A stretch of 49,215 nt of DNA from Cyanophora paradoxa CCMP329 (GCA_004431415.1 QPMI01000463.1:1-49215), one strand, 5' to 3'; counted from the stretch's first letter, positions 9,413-19,971 are shown. A program made the numbers and translations. Notes: generated by a model not told the origin, from the sequence alone.

Positions 9413-12400
9413 TTATTGATTCAGCCATTCGTTCTGCTCGCGATTTTTGGGTGCTGCCCTACTTGCTGGTGGTTGATCAGTTCTCACTACACTAAGACCA
9501 TGCCCCTCGGCTGACCTCACCTCTAAGCCCACATCTCCTTCGGCTGTTTGGGTCACATTCATTTCTGGCACCGAGTATTTATTACCTGCTCCTGCAATGG
9601 TTCTGTCTATGCAAGCACAACATAGAGCTCGGAATTTGTATGCAAGCACAAGTCCAAGAGCACCGAGAATTGGCAAGAGAATTAGAAGCACTAACGTCCC
9701 GGGATCCATTCCTGGCGATCCGACTGGATTTGTAGGATTACTGGGATTATTAGGTGTCGTGTTTGGATCTGGATCAGTTGTAGGGGGATCTTTTGAATCG
9801 GGATCTGGGTTAGGCTGGTTCGGATTGGGATCGTTAGGTGGCGGCTCTGTCGACCCTGCTAATGATGTCGGCGCTGTGTATGCATTTGCAAACACGATGG
9901 GAGCCGTCGCTGGATTTCCTGTGGAGGATCCTGAGATTGCACCATAGGTATCTGACAGATATTTATATAATTCCTTTGTCACAGGCGGATTGCTCACAGA
10001 TCGACACACCCAAATATTGCATGTGGTATCATACACTGTGTCCCTGATAAAGGGCGGTAGAGCTGTCCCACTGAATGACTCAAAGAATCCATTTCGCGAT
10101 AGCAATCGATGCCCTGCATCACAGTTCCCTCCCTCGAAATATTTGGTAGCCGAAATTGCACCTTGCACATAAATATTGCAAGTCGAGTGCATTCCAATGT
10201 TATTTAGGTTGGGAGTGTATCTGTCATCGAGCCGGACAGTGCACACCCATGGGGAAGCGGTTTTTATATATTTCTTATCGCCCACTTCGATTACATCTGT
10301 ATTTGGGTGGCTGTCAAGCTGAGTCCAAACAGCATCATATCTGAAAGTGTAATAAACTAAGAGCCCATCAGTAGAGGATGTGAAAGCAAAGAAGGTCATA
10401 AAGTCCGTGGATCCAAAGAAGTGAGCATTGGTCGATGTTAGGGTGACTTTGGGATAGCTCATGTCCACAGTCTCAGAGGGATATGGAATATAAGAGGTGT
10501 AATTGCGATTGAACAGGTAATAGTAAAATCCATCTGAGACATTCGAGTGAGTGGGCAAGGTGACTGTTAAGGTCTTACTGCGATTTTCAAACGTGTTCTG
10601 TATGACAATGTTGCAAGTATTAATATATCGAGAATCGAAAAAGTAATTATTTGTGACACTGTTATTGATCAGAGTCGCATTGGTTCCATTAAATACGAAA
10701 TTCTGCCCATTTATTCTCGTAGTATGGAGGTCGGTCACATCGAGAGGATACCTTATTTTCAAGCGGTCTTCGGGGTCAAATCGCGGAATAGTTCCTGTTG
10801 CCTTCCAATTGATAGTAAAGGGAGGAGAAAGGGACACAGGTGGGATCGCTGAAAGATTAAATTTCGCAAAATACAACCCAACAGGATATGCTGTAAGAGC
10901 ATATGTCACTGTTGCATTTCCGACAAGTGTGAAGCCGGTGGTTGTTATGTTAGTTGCAACAAATGGGGAGTAGCCGGCTGGTGCATTGTTAATAGAGGTG
11001 GTCGACCCATTATTGACCACATACAAATTCGTGTCTGTTATTTCAATAGTAGGAGGGGAAACAAAAGGTGTCTCAAATGTGAAATTAAAATTCGCTGGAA
11101 CCGCTGCAAGGTATCTATATGTTGTTGCTGATATCTCGGATGCCTGGAATACTTTGCTTCCCCTCTGCACTACATTACTGGTGTCTTTCACATTGTGATA
11201 GGATATACTGGGAGTCGGGGAGAGCACCAACGAAATAGCATCTGGTAAATCAGACTTTGTAATATACAGCTCTTTAAGATACTCCTTTTTGAAAGGGGCG
11301 GTCAGATCTCCAATAGTAGCCGATGACCCTGCGACCACAATATTACAGGTGTTTGCATTCAAAGTATAAACTGTGTTCCACCTCAAAGAATTCGCCCCAA
11401 GATCGAAATTCTGTGAGAAGGGAACGATATTGCTACCTTGTAAATCTCGGTAAACCTTCACTCTGGGTTTGCTATCGAATTCAGGGGTGATATAATTGAT
11501 GTTAAGAGTGAAACTAATAGTAGCTTCGGAACTCAATGAGTTGTTTCGGATGATAAGTAAATTGTATGTCTCGTTAATGACAAACGAAACCTGAAACCCT
11601 GTGGAGGTGACATTTTGGATAAATGCTTTATTAGATTCATTATTGTTATAGATAGGATTATAATAAGTAGTGTGATCCACCAATGAAACAGTGGGTATAC
11701 TCTCCAAATCTGTGACACTCAACTGATCCCAAGTGAATGTATATGTAGGTTTGCCTACATAAGCGACATAGACCCCATTTGCGAGCTGCTGAGGGTATCC
11801 CTCGACAGTGTAGGTCTCAGTTCGCGAAACTGAGCGGGAAAGGTTGCTATTAAAGTCGTTGTAGCTGATCAGAGCTCTCTCATCAGTGGGTATTTGATTG
11901 GGTCGGAGTGAGTGATTTAATGGAAGGATTAAATTGGAGGCAAACATGGAAACTCCATGCATCTCTGACCATCTCAGATTCGATAAACCAACTCGGTATG
12001 TGTTATCAGTCGCGGGGTAAATGTTCCTTTTCGATAGAATATGGGCTAAGGTAATTGCAAGCGCTCCATCTGCTGCAAACAGTGCATTAATTTCGGACTG
12101 CAAAGCCGCGATCTCGGTTGTGTGGGTCGTGAGGGTTCCATCCTGGCTCGAATCTTTGGTGTTCTTGTTCCTCTCGAACTCCAAAAACGCCTTCACAATG
12201 TCCTTGCCCAAAAGATCGTTTATATTGTCTCTGGTAATGTAAACATGATCTGTTCTCAGTGCCTGTTTCTCTGTGGTAAATGCCGGAATTTCTTCTGCAA
12301 ATGATATAGTCGTTTTATCAAGTGCTAAGGATCTCACATTCGGAGCATTGGCGCCAATTATATCCACAACGTTCCCATTTTCGACAATTTCTAAGGTCGG

Positions 12401-13051
12401 TTTCGCGGAGTCTAATGTGAAAACGCCCTCTGTAATTTGGGGAACCGTGTCGCTCTTCTGAATAATAAAGGAATCAAGATTTAGATTGCATGTGGCGACA
12501 TTGGTGGCGAAGAAAGACTCTGAATTAAATGAGTTTACGTTCAGAGTGTCCGTGGTGATGTTGCTTGCTGCAATGTTGCTCGTCGTCAAATTACCTGCTG
12601 AGAGATCATGGACGACCTCTACCTTTGTTTTCCGCGTGGATACTCCCGCTATAAGCGTGCTATTATCCACGATTCTCATAGCTGCATTTTGGAAACCGCT
12701 CTCATCTTGAATGAAGAAGTTTAAGCGACCTCTATCGAAAGCTTTTGGGATGTTCCTCCGATTATATCGCACCGTTTTCGGTAACTGACGAGTCGCCTGG
12801 ATGCTGGCAACTCTGTTTCGCTCGTTGTCATCAAGTAAAAAGTCGATTGCAAGCTTGTGATCCCCCTTCTCGACGTTCATTAACTGCAAAGCTGCGGGTC
12901 TGCTCGGTGTTCCACTGACTGGATCTTCGCGGTCTGCATTGTAATTTATTCTGATAGACCCGCGAATTTCGGTGTTTACCTGGTCAGTGTCCTCTATCTG
13001 CGTGGTCGAATTAATTACTCGTGCATCGGGTCTCGGATTCAGGAACGACAT
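9413..13051 (-). CDS. Large (~1212 aa) fibre/structural protein with a C-terminal Pro/Asn/Asp-rich linker and predicted transmembrane helix
   Basis: Likely start MSFLNPRP at 13051, after an AT-rich leader. Repeats NIYPATDNTYRVGLSNLRW and NIVPFSQNFDLGANSLRW; recurrent TCNI motif; FTFETPFVSPPTI..NITTTGF..INWKATG domain; hydrophobic segment LVLLILLPILGALGLVLAY. Confidence 0.75.
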   Translation of the reverse strand: MSFLNPRPDARVINSTTQIEDTDQVNTEIRGSIRINYNADREDPVSGTPSRPAALQLMNVEKGDHKLAIDFLLDDNERNRVASIQATRQLPKTVRYNRRNIPKAFDRGRLNFFIQDESGFQNAAMRIVDNSTLIAGVSTRKTKVEVVHDLSAGNLTTSNIAASNITTDTLNVNSFNSESFFATNVATCNLNLDSFIIQKSDTVPQITEGVFTLDSAKPTLEIVENGNVVDIIGANAPNVRSLALDKTTISFAEEIPAFTTEKQALRTDHVYITRDNINDLLGKDIVKAFLEFERNKNTKDSSQDGTLTTHTTEIAALQSEINALFAADGALAITLAHILSKRNIYPATDNTYRVGLSNLRWSEMHGVSMFASNLILPLNHSLRPNQIPTDERALISYNDFNSNLSRSVSRTETYTVEGYPQQLANGVYVAYVGKPTYTFTWDQLSVTDLESIPTVSLVDHTTYYNPIYNNNESNKAFIQNVTSTGFQVSFVINETYNLLIIRNNSLSSEATISFTLNINYITPEFDSKPRVKVYRDLQGSNIVPFSQNFDLGANSLRWNTVYTLNANTCNIVVAGSSATIGDLTAPFKKEYLKELYITKSDLPDAISLVLSPTPSISYHNVKDTSNVVQRGSKVFQASEISATTYRYLAAVPANFNFTFETPFVSPPTIEITDTNLYVVNNGSTTSINNAPAGYSPFVATNITTTGFTLVGNATVTYALTAYPVGLYFAKFNLSAIPPVSLSPPFTINWKATGTIPRFDPEDRLKIRYPLDVTDLHTTRINGQNFVFNGTNATLINNSVTNNYFFDSRYINTCNIVIQNTFENRSKTLTVTLPTHSNVSDGFYYYLFNRNYTSYIPYPSETVDMSYPKVTLTSTNAHFFGSTDFMTFFAFTSSTDGLLVYYTFRYDAVWTQLDSHPNTDVIEVGDKKYIKTASPWVCTVRLDDRYTPNLNNIGMHSTCNIYVQGAISATKYFEGGNCDAGHRLLSRNGFFESFSGTALPPFIRDTVYDTTCNIWVCRSVSNPPVTKELYKYLSDTYGAISGSSTGNPATAPIVFANAYTAPTSLAGSTEPPPNDPNPNQPNPDPDSKDPPTTDPDPNTTPNNPSNPTNPVGSPGMDPGTLVLLILLPILGALGLVLAYKFRALCCACIDRTIAGAGNKYSVPEMNVTQTAEGDVGLEVRSAEGHGLSVVRTDQPPASRAAPKNREQNEWLNQ

Positions 13052-13094
13052 CCTCTTTATAAACAAAGAAGATATATAAGAAGTATATAAGATA

Positions 13095-14586
13095 ATGAAG
13101 ACCGTTCTCGCTTTGAGTGGAGGGGGTCGCGCGGAATAATCGAGGCTGCTATACTGGCACAGATTGAAGCCCAAACAGGTAAACGAATCCAACAGCTATT
13201 CGACTGCTTTGCGGGAACATCCACAGGTGGATTAATCGCGCTCCTATTAAATATCAAGGGAACCGATGGAGCCCCAAAATATACTGCTACTGATATTCTG
13301 GCGCTCTACAAAGCGAAGCTACCGCTGATTTTCGCAAATCCACGAGTGCTTACATCGATTGTACAGCGCCCAAAGTACGAAGCAACTAACTTAGAAGCGG
13401 TGGCTCTCGAACTCTGCGGCTCAGCGACCATGGCGGATCTCTATAAACCCACCATCGTGACTGCGTTCGACACGGTCTTAATGTCCCCCGTTTTTATTTC
13501 AAGCAACGATGAAGATATTAATGGGATGCTTGTGCGCGATGCTGCAAGGGCTACCTCGGCTGCTCCGACCTATTTCGAGCCGAAACAAGTCACAGTCGCC
13601 GGAAGAACATACTGTTTAATCGATGGTTGCATGAGCGGAAATAATTCGCCCGGGGTTTGTGGCTACACATTCGCCCGCACTTTATTCGGAAACTCTTGCG
13701 AGGAGGAGCTTATAGTGGTCTCGATTACGGCGGGTCACGTCCAAGACTCTGATAAGGCGACAGCTGGATATTCGTACGACACCATGAAAAATTGGGGGAT
13801 CGTGCAATGGATGCTAAGCGCGACAGGATCGCCAATTCTCAGCATGTTCTTAGAGTCGAGCGATCTAAACGCCCACGTAAAGCTACTGGAACTTTTACCC
13901 AGAAACGATGATCAGAATTACGATCGCTACTATAAGCTGAGCGTTCCTTTACCGAAAGATAAAATGACCCTCGATACTATCACAACGAGTCACCTGCAAT
14001 ATTTGGAAACGGAAGCGCTCGCCTTTGTTTCCGCACAGCAAACGTATTTTAATGCGATGTATTCAGTGCTGACCATGAATATCTCAGAGGGCGATGTTCC
14101 CATAATTAATCTGTCCGGGTGCACAGATGTAAGCGCACCCCGGAGTCTAACTGGGTGCCGCTCGATAATAGCGCCTTTATTGCGGAATTCGGCACAGCCT
14201 CCAATGCCCGCTGGTCGAATGCCACGGGGTGGGTGGGCTTTACTAACCCGCCGCAAGGTAGTAGGTCGGGAGGCAATTATTTACGCATCGATTTTCCGCG
14301 TCTGTTTATGCTTTCCTCTATAAAAATGAAGCCGGCTGCGAATGGAAACTACATTAAAACGTTTGAGATCGATTACCAGCTTACTCCCGGAGTTTCTGCG
14401 CTTGTTACATACACAGAAGCCGGCGCGACGAGAGTGTTTACCAATGCGAATCAAATAGCCGGAAGTGCGGATCCCGACGAACATTTCTTAGCGAACCCGA
14501 GATCTGTGAGAACCCTCGTAATCTGGGTGCTCTCGACAAACGTAGCTTCGGCATGCCGAATTGATTTCGAGGGCTATTACGTGTGA
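13095..14586 (+). CDS. Patatin-like phospholipase fused to an F5/8 type C (discoidin) domain; two 1-nt frameshifts (~13125, ~14140) reflect either sequencing error or pseudogenisation
   Basis: ATG at 13095 gives MKTVLALSGGG/xRGIIEAAIL..FDCFAGTSTGGLIA (glycine loop plus GxSxG), then ARATSAAPTYF and LIDG. The next frame encodes YLRIDF..NYIKTFEIDY..RVF..NPRSVRTL..CRIDFEG (discoidin). Adding one base to each of the G5 and C4 runs gives a single ~497-aa ORF. Confidence 0.8.
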
Positions 14587-14592
14587 CAGCGC

Positions 14593-15438
14593 TTAATCCG
14601 TGATCACTTCGAGCTGGAACGAGAATGAGAGACCGTTTATATCCGCAACAGAGCCCCTCCATTTTCGAAGCGATATTGTGAGGCGATCTAAATCGAGTTG
14701 CGATGTGACATTTACGAAAGGGATGCTTGCGCTCGGTTCGTGGTAAAAGGAATATCTACCAAAGTCCGAGTTCATCTGAATTCGCAATAGATAGGAGTCA
14801 TCGAAATTGTTCTGTCTCCCAGTAACCGCTGCGAATTTGGTAAACGGGCGGAGCTCTTCGATATCAAGGTAAATATATGGAATCGCATTAAAGTCGACCA
14901 TTTTCGGGCATATAATCGCGTAGCGACTCGGGTAATCTCTGAGTGGAACCGTCACTGGTTCTGGTGTGCTGGCGTAAACCACTCCGGGTTCTATGCCGAG
15001 ACAATCACAGAGCTCCTGGTCTGAGGACTCTAATGTAAACGGGCTGTTTGGAGACGAGAACACGAAGCGGTTTGTGGACAGAGCGAGAGAATAGGAAACC
15101 GGGAAGACACCGAGTGGATTAAAAGAACCGCCCGCAAATCCGAGTAAAGCATCACTGTTTAAAGCTCTCTCTTTCGGATATCGTTCGTTATCAGCATCAA
15201 CGTAATAATAATCGTTTACGCTGGGAATCGGTGCTATCATTTTGGATGCGGGGATTACTGTGGGCTCTTCGTTTAGAAGCGTTATAGTAATTGTCTGATC
15301 GGGCGGAACAACATAAGAGCTATTAGGAATCTCAGCGGATAGCACACGAAATCGTCGTACATTATTAAGGCGCGTTTTCAAGTGCAGCACGCCGTTTTCA
15401 AGGTCTCTACTGTCGCAATTTATTGTTATTCTTTTCAT
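14593..15438 (-). CDS. Minor capsid (penton-like) protein 1
   Basis: INCDSRD..LNNVRRFRVLSAEIPNSSY N-terminus; PYIYLDIEEL; LDRLTISL..DINGLSFSFQLEV C-terminus, typical of PLV/NCLDV single-jelly-roll mCPs. Confidence 0.8.
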   Translation of the reverse strand: MKRITINCDSRDLENGVLHLKTRLNNVRRFRVLSAEIPNSSYVVPPDQTITITLLNEEPTVIPASKMIAPIPSVNDYYYVDADNERYPKERALNSDALLGFAGGSFNPLGVFPVSYSLALSTNRFVFSSPNSPFTLESSDQELCDCLGIEPGVVYASTPEPVTVPLRDYPSRYAIICPKMVDFNAIPYIYLDIEELRPFTKFAAVTGRQNNFDDSYLLRIQMNSDFGRYSFYHEPSASIPFVNVTSQLDLDRLTISLRKWRGSVADINGLSFSFQLEVITD

Positions 15439-15454
15439 AATCTATTATAGTAAG

Positions 15455-16381
15455 ATGAAAGAATACCTGAGCTTTTCGAGCGATGATCGCGACGAGGAGT
15501 TCACACAGCCAAACAAGTATGTAGTGACATTACCCCGTCGCTATGACAACGTAAAATCGGTGCGCCTGGTGCAGGCAACGGTTCCGAATGTTCTTTCAAC
15601 TGTGACGAACGATATCGACGCCACTGGTGCAACCATCGAGCGCATGGAACTCTATTTCTCGGTCACAGCTTCGGATTCTGGATTCGTGACCATCACAATC
15701 CCCAAAGGATTTTACACCAAAGACGACCTTGCCGCAAAAGTCACAGAAAGACTCGAAGCAGCTCGCCTTTCAGATTTCGGTGGAAAATATATTAAATGCC
15801 GCTATAATACTACTTCAAAGATCTATGAGTTTTTCAGTGATAGTAACTTTTGGTTCAAGTTCTCCAAAGCTTCCCCTGAAACACTCAGAAAATCCAGTAA
15901 CCGCAAAGCAATCGCTAAGAAACTCGCAATATTCGGTTTCAAAGATATTCAACTATATGTTTACGAGACATTTACCCCTCTTGCAAGCGATACATTCCTT
16001 GTGTTTAATCCTGGGACGGGAACTGTGACACTCAATCGACGCATTCGCGGCTATACTCGTGGAGATGAGACCCCGGCTGCAATGATCTGGCTATATATTG
16101 ACGAATTCGCGCCGTTTATTCGCTCAGTCAACAAGCACGTCGACGGTTATTTCATGCGCATTCCAATCCCACAGGAACTCGAACACGGTGATATCTACCA
16201 CTTTGACACGTCCACTACTGTGCCTCTCGTTCGCGAGTTCCGCGAATTAAAATCTTTCGACCGCCTCACGATTAAGCTCATCGACCATGACGGCGCTCTC
16301 TTAGATTTCGGGGTTTGGGCGCATTATTTCACTTTTGAAATCGAAACCTACGACGCACCGCCGGAAATGAATTTCTACTGA
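15455..16381 (+). CDS. Minor capsid (penton-like) protein 2
   Basis: FSSDDRD..PNKYVVTLPRRYDNVKSVRLVQATVPN; ITIPKGFYT; FDRLTIKLIDHDGALLDFG..HYFTFEIE. Confidence 0.82.
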   Translation: MKEYLSFSSDDRDEEFTQPNKYVVTLPRRYDNVKSVRLVQATVPNVLSTVTNDIDATGATIERMELYFSVTASDSGFVTITIPKGFYTKDDLAAKVTERLEAARLSDFGGKYIKCRYNTTSKIYEFFSDSNFWFKFSKASPETLRKSSNRKAIAKKLAIFGFKDIQLYVYETFTPLASDTFLVFNPGTGTVTLNRRIRGYTRGDETPAAMIWLYIDEFAPFIRSVNKHVDGYFMRIPIPQELEHGDIYHFDTSTTVPLVREFRELKSFDRLTIKLIDHDGALLDFGVWAHYFTFEIETYDAPPEMNFY

Positions 16382-16428
16382 GCCCTGTAAATTATTTTCT
16401 GAACCCAAAGATAAGAGAAGAAACGCTC

Positions 16429-17742
16429 ATGGAGACTAACAGCCAATTCCAGCGCCCAACGCTGAAATCTATGCTCACCACCGATGACTACAAGGATTAT
16501 TTCCTAAACAAGTCGCTGGTCATTGGAACGTCCTCTGGCACTAAGCCACTTCGAGTTCTGGTCGCCCCCGACACTGAGCCACCCAGCGCTCTCGGCAACC
16601 GAGTTGTCTTCAAAATCCCCCGCTACCATTTCCTGAATGGTCTCGCGCTGCAACTCGATCTTAACCCGATCACCCTCACTGATCTCACGAATGGTGTCGC
16701 TGGAACTACTGGCTACCTTCGCGTTATTGGATCGCTAATTAAGCGCATCGAAATCTCTCACGCTTCATTCCGCTACGTTGTCCCAGAGGATTTCGTCACC
16801 CAGTATTTTCTACTGATGACCGAACAGGGCGAACTCGATAAAAAACTTCGCTATGTGGGTGGTCTTGTCGGAACCGCTGGTAACACTGTCGGTGGAACCT
16901 ACGAAATCGATTTACCCTCTCCTTTCGAGAAGGCGATGTTCCCACTTTGCGCTCTGAACTCTGAGATCGTGGTCGAAATCGAATTCAAGGCGATTGGTGA
17001 TGGTATCATTGAGGATGTAAACAATGTTGGCAATATTTCGGTTACCAACAATGGCGCTTCCCTTCAAGTGCTGAAACCCCGCGTTATCTGCAAGGTCGTA
17101 AATGCCGATGAGGCGGTTGTCTCTGAGACCATTGCCCGTGTTAAATCGACTGGTATCGCGATCCCCTACAACGAAATCGGTTTCCTCCACACAGATTTCC
17201 AGCCGACCGCCTCCGGTTCGCGAGTCAATCTCTCGCAACTCACAGGTGCGGGTCTCATCCACACTCTCGTATTCTCTGTGCGCCAAAACGCGAAGACGAA
17301 GGTGAACAACGGAACTCTCTCGGTTCTGGCTCCTCGTGCACTCCGAACCAACGCTGTAAGCTTCTATGTGGAACTCAACAATAACCGCCTTTACTCGAAT
17401 ACTTCGCTTCCTCTCATGATTGCCGCGACCGAACTTCAAGATAAATATAATTCGGCGATTTTCACCGAGAGCACAAGCTACCCCGCTCTCACTGGCATTT
17501 ACTTCGGTGCTGGAAACGGAAAGGCGTCGCTTCTCAACCAAGAGAATACGGGCTACATCGATGCCACAGGCACATCGGCGTTCGATCTGGTCTTCGAATT
17601 CAACGGTGTCACAACGGCAGCCGAAGGTTCATCAGAATGGTATGCGGGTGCCGCTTATCAGAAGATGCAAATTCAGTGCATTGCCCTCGCTCATAACATA
17701 ATGATAATTGGTGCCGACGGTATCCGTCGTGTGAGTAGCTAA
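16429..17742 (+). CDS. Major capsid protein (double jelly-roll, PLV type)
   Basis: 437 aa and beta-rich. Motifs VVFKIPR..LALQLDL, LIKRIEI and FPLCAL.SEIVVEIEF. Located between the mCP and the packaging ATPase. Confidence 0.8.
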   Translation: METNSQFQRPTLKSMLTTDDYKDYFLNKSLVIGTSSGTKPLRVLVAPDTEPPSALGNRVVFKIPRYHFLNGLALQLDLNPITLTDLTNGVAGTTGYLRVIGSLIKRIEISHASFRYVVPEDFVTQYFLLMTEQGELDKKLRYVGGLVGTAGNTVGGTYEIDLPSPFEKAMFPLCALNSEIVVEIEFKAIGDGIIEDVNNVGNISVTNNGASLQVLKPRVICKVVNADEAVVSETIARVKSTGIAIPYNEIGFLHTDFQPTASGSRVNLSQLTGAGLIHTLVFSVRQNAKTKVNNGTLSVLAPRALRTNAVSFYVELNNNRLYSNTSLPLMIAATELQDKYNSAIFTESTSYPALTGIYFGAGNGKASLLNQENTGYIDATGTSAFDLVFEFNGVTTAAEGSSEWYAGAAYQKMQIQCIALAHNIMIIGADGIRRVSS

Positions 17743-17800
17743 GGAATTCGTGCGATTACCACATTCAGTCTTATTTTTCTATTGTTTTTATAGTGAAAGA

Positions 17801-18667
17801 ATGCAAAAAGGGACGACGCCCATGGATCTCGAAGAATGGAACCCGAAACAAAGGGTGAAACTTCCCGCACGATTTCTCCTATTGGCGAAAACCAATTGTG
17901 GTAAATCGGTATTCTTAAAGTGGCTGATCAAAGAACTCGAAGACCAGATCTCGTATGTTCTGGTTTTCTGTCCTACGAGTTTTAACGGTTTCTGGGGTCA
18001 AATAACAGACGAAGTGCATGATACCTGGAAACCGGAATATGTAGAGTCGATCATAGAAGCCCGCAAGAAAGCTATCATCGCTGGAAAGAAACCAAAGAAT
18101 ATTCTCATCGTACTCGACGATTGTTTGGAGTCCGGAACTATCGATCTTTCGCGCGATCATTTGCTAAATAAATTGATGGCGCAAGGTCGTCATACGTTTT
18201 GTTCCGTGGCTTTAATATCGCAGAAACTAACAAAACTTTCAACGATCATTCGCAGCAATGCGGAGTATATCATATTCCTAAGCTGGTCAAACATGCGAGA
18301 GTTTGAAGCATATCACGAAGAGTTCGGGAACATGGATAAAGAGAGTTTTAAGCGCATGTTCCAAGAATTCTGTCATAGCTACCAAGCGATCATTCACGAT
18401 AATACCGGGTATTCTGTGCGATGGTGGGTCGAAAAAGCCGATATGATCGATGACCATCCGTTTACGAAATTCCACAAGCGGGCGGCTTTTGAAGAAAAGA
18501 AGCGCAAACAACAAGAGGAGCAAGCTACAAAACCGCCGCCTGTCAAAGATTCGACAACTGTCTGTAAAACTTTATCCAAATTTGAGCGTGAGCTTGAAGG
18601 TATCCCCAAACTTTCCCAAATTTCGCCTAAGAAAAAGAAAATGTTAATCAAATGTAAGAGAAGATAA
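17801..18667 (+). CDS. A32/FtsK-HerA-family genome packaging ATPase
   Basis: Walker A AKTNCGKS, Walker B ILIVLDD, QGRH motif, ISQ and IRSN. The ATG at 17801 is preferred over the GTG at 17750. Confidence 0.92.
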   Translation: MQKGTTPMDLEEWNPKQRVKLPARFLLLAKTNCGKSVFLKWLIKELEDQISYVLVFCPTSFNGFWGQITDEVHDTWKPEYVESIIEARKKAIIAGKKPKNILIVLDDCLESGTIDLSRDHLLNKLMAQGRHTFCSVALISQKLTKLSTIIRSNAEYIIFLSWSNMREFEAYHEEFGNMDKESFKRMFQEFCHSYQAIIHDNTGYSVRWWVEKADMIDDHPFTKFHKRAAFEEKKRKQQEEQATKPPPVKDSTTVCKTLSKFERELEGIPKLSQISPKKKKMLIKCKRR

Positions 18668-18669
18668 TC

Positions 18670-19353
18670 ATGGTCTACCGAAAGAAGCCTCAAACCCTAC
18701 AAGCGGTCGCTTCTGGTAATCCTAATCGCGGGCTTGAAGAGTCTGGATTAACGTCGGGTGGCGGTCTCGAAATGCCCGAATATCTTGTAGACACTTCGCC
18801 AGAGGAGGTTGCCAAGCAAGAGGCAATTATTGCGAGTGCCACCGCGGACAAGGGAAACCAAGATAGCGGTAAACGCCAAATGGAGGATTTAGCTACTGTA
18901 AAACCACAGATTGGAGGCGGCTCTGTTGATGAAGCAACCGACAAAGTACTCAAAGCGCAAGTTGTTGCAAGCCAGCACAAGACACAAGACGTCCCGAAAG
19001 CCGCCGAAACCGAGCTTAAAAAGCGCGGATCCTATCAAAAACACACTGTTCCAGTCGACGTTGTCATGAGCTTCGAAGAGAAAGTGCGAGATCTTGAAAT
19101 GAAAGTGTCAAACTACGAGAAATGGATGCAAGATTATAACGAACGCAAGAAATTAAAGGGGCTCGTAAAGAAAGAGATCTCGAAACTCGGATTAAAGCAA
19201 AAGGTCGACGTAGAGGAGATTAAAAAGGAGGACAAGACAGATGCGCAAGCCGTAACTCGTCAGCAATCGGTCGCCCCGCAATATGCACATATAGTGCCGA
19301 CCGCACCAGCGAATTTCGCGGCAATGCTCGGAGGTAAACGCCATATCCGCTAA
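18670..19353 (+). CDS. Hypothetical Lys/Glu-rich coiled-coil protein
   Basis: 227-aa ORF starting 2 bp after the ATPase stop; heptad-like segment FEEKVRDLEMKVSNYEKW. Confidence 0.7.
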   Translation: MVYRKKPQTLQAVASGNPNRGLEESGLTSGGGLEMPEYLVDTSPEEVAKQEAIIASATADKGNQDSGKRQMEDLATVKPQIGGGSVDEATDKVLKAQVVASQHKTQDVPKAAETELKKRGSYQKHTVPVDVVMSFEEKVRDLEMKVSNYEKWMQDYNERKKLKGLVKKEISKLGLKQKVDVEEIKKEDKTDAQAVTRQQSVAPQYAHIVPTAPANFAAMLGGKRHIR

Positions 19354-19557
19354 TGACTGTGAATATCCGCAAGGCAAAGCTGAACCCGCCCGTATTTAGA
19401 GCGAGTCTTAATGTGAATGCCCTTGCAAAACGGGCATGTCGGCTCCATAAACAGCATTATAAGGTCGACTAATTCGTAGGGGAACACACGAGCAAGTAAA
19501 GCCCTCATTCCCTTTTATTTTCTCCGATATTTAATACGTTGCCCATTTGTAGGGTCG

Positions 19558-19971
19558 ATGAATTTCATCACACAATGCATTGAAATGTTTCATTTGCATT
19601 TCACAAGCACGTGCCACAACTCTTGCTGCGACACAACCGTAGAGGTTGATATAAGCGAAGAAGACAATGGAGGTAGGCGCCTTTCTGTATATTCTAACCA
19701 CAGCGACAATCACAACCACCCAAGATCTCGATCGCCCTCGCCTGTGCCCGCGGCTATGAGTTCTAATATTGAAACCGCTCAGATAGAGGACGTGCATGTA
19801 GAGCATATTAGAAGGCGATCATGTCCTGAGTTTGTAGAAGGTCATTTGCGCGCTGACTCCCCTTATCCGATGTATAGATTGGATCAAATGGCATTAGGCG
19901 ACGATGACAGCTTAACAAACCCTTATGTATATCCTCAGCAACCAGAACGAACCGTCTGGAACGGTTATTGA
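19558..19971 (+). CDS. Hypothetical protein (N-terminal Cys cluster, S/R/P-rich middle)
   Basis: 137-aa ATG ORF preceded by the element's TATTTTCTCCG motif. Confidence 0.55.
   Translation: MNFITQCIEMFHLHFTSTCHNSCCDTTVEVDISEEDNGGRRLSVYSNHSDNHNHPRSRSPSPVPAAMSSNIETAQIEDVHVEHIRRRSCPEFVEGHLRADSPYPMYRLDQMALGDDDSLTNPYVYPQQPERTVWNGY

Noticed and set aside
13052-13192. N-terminal extension of the 1259-aa ORF as given in the ORF track
   Set aside because: It begins at a non-ATG codon and overlaps the patatin 5' end on the opposite strand. The ATG at 13051 after an AT-rich leader is more plausible.
19353-19472. 39-aa ORF (MTVNIRKAKLNPP...) coupled by TAATG to the upstream gene
   Set aside because: Possibly real, but too short and motif-free to support.
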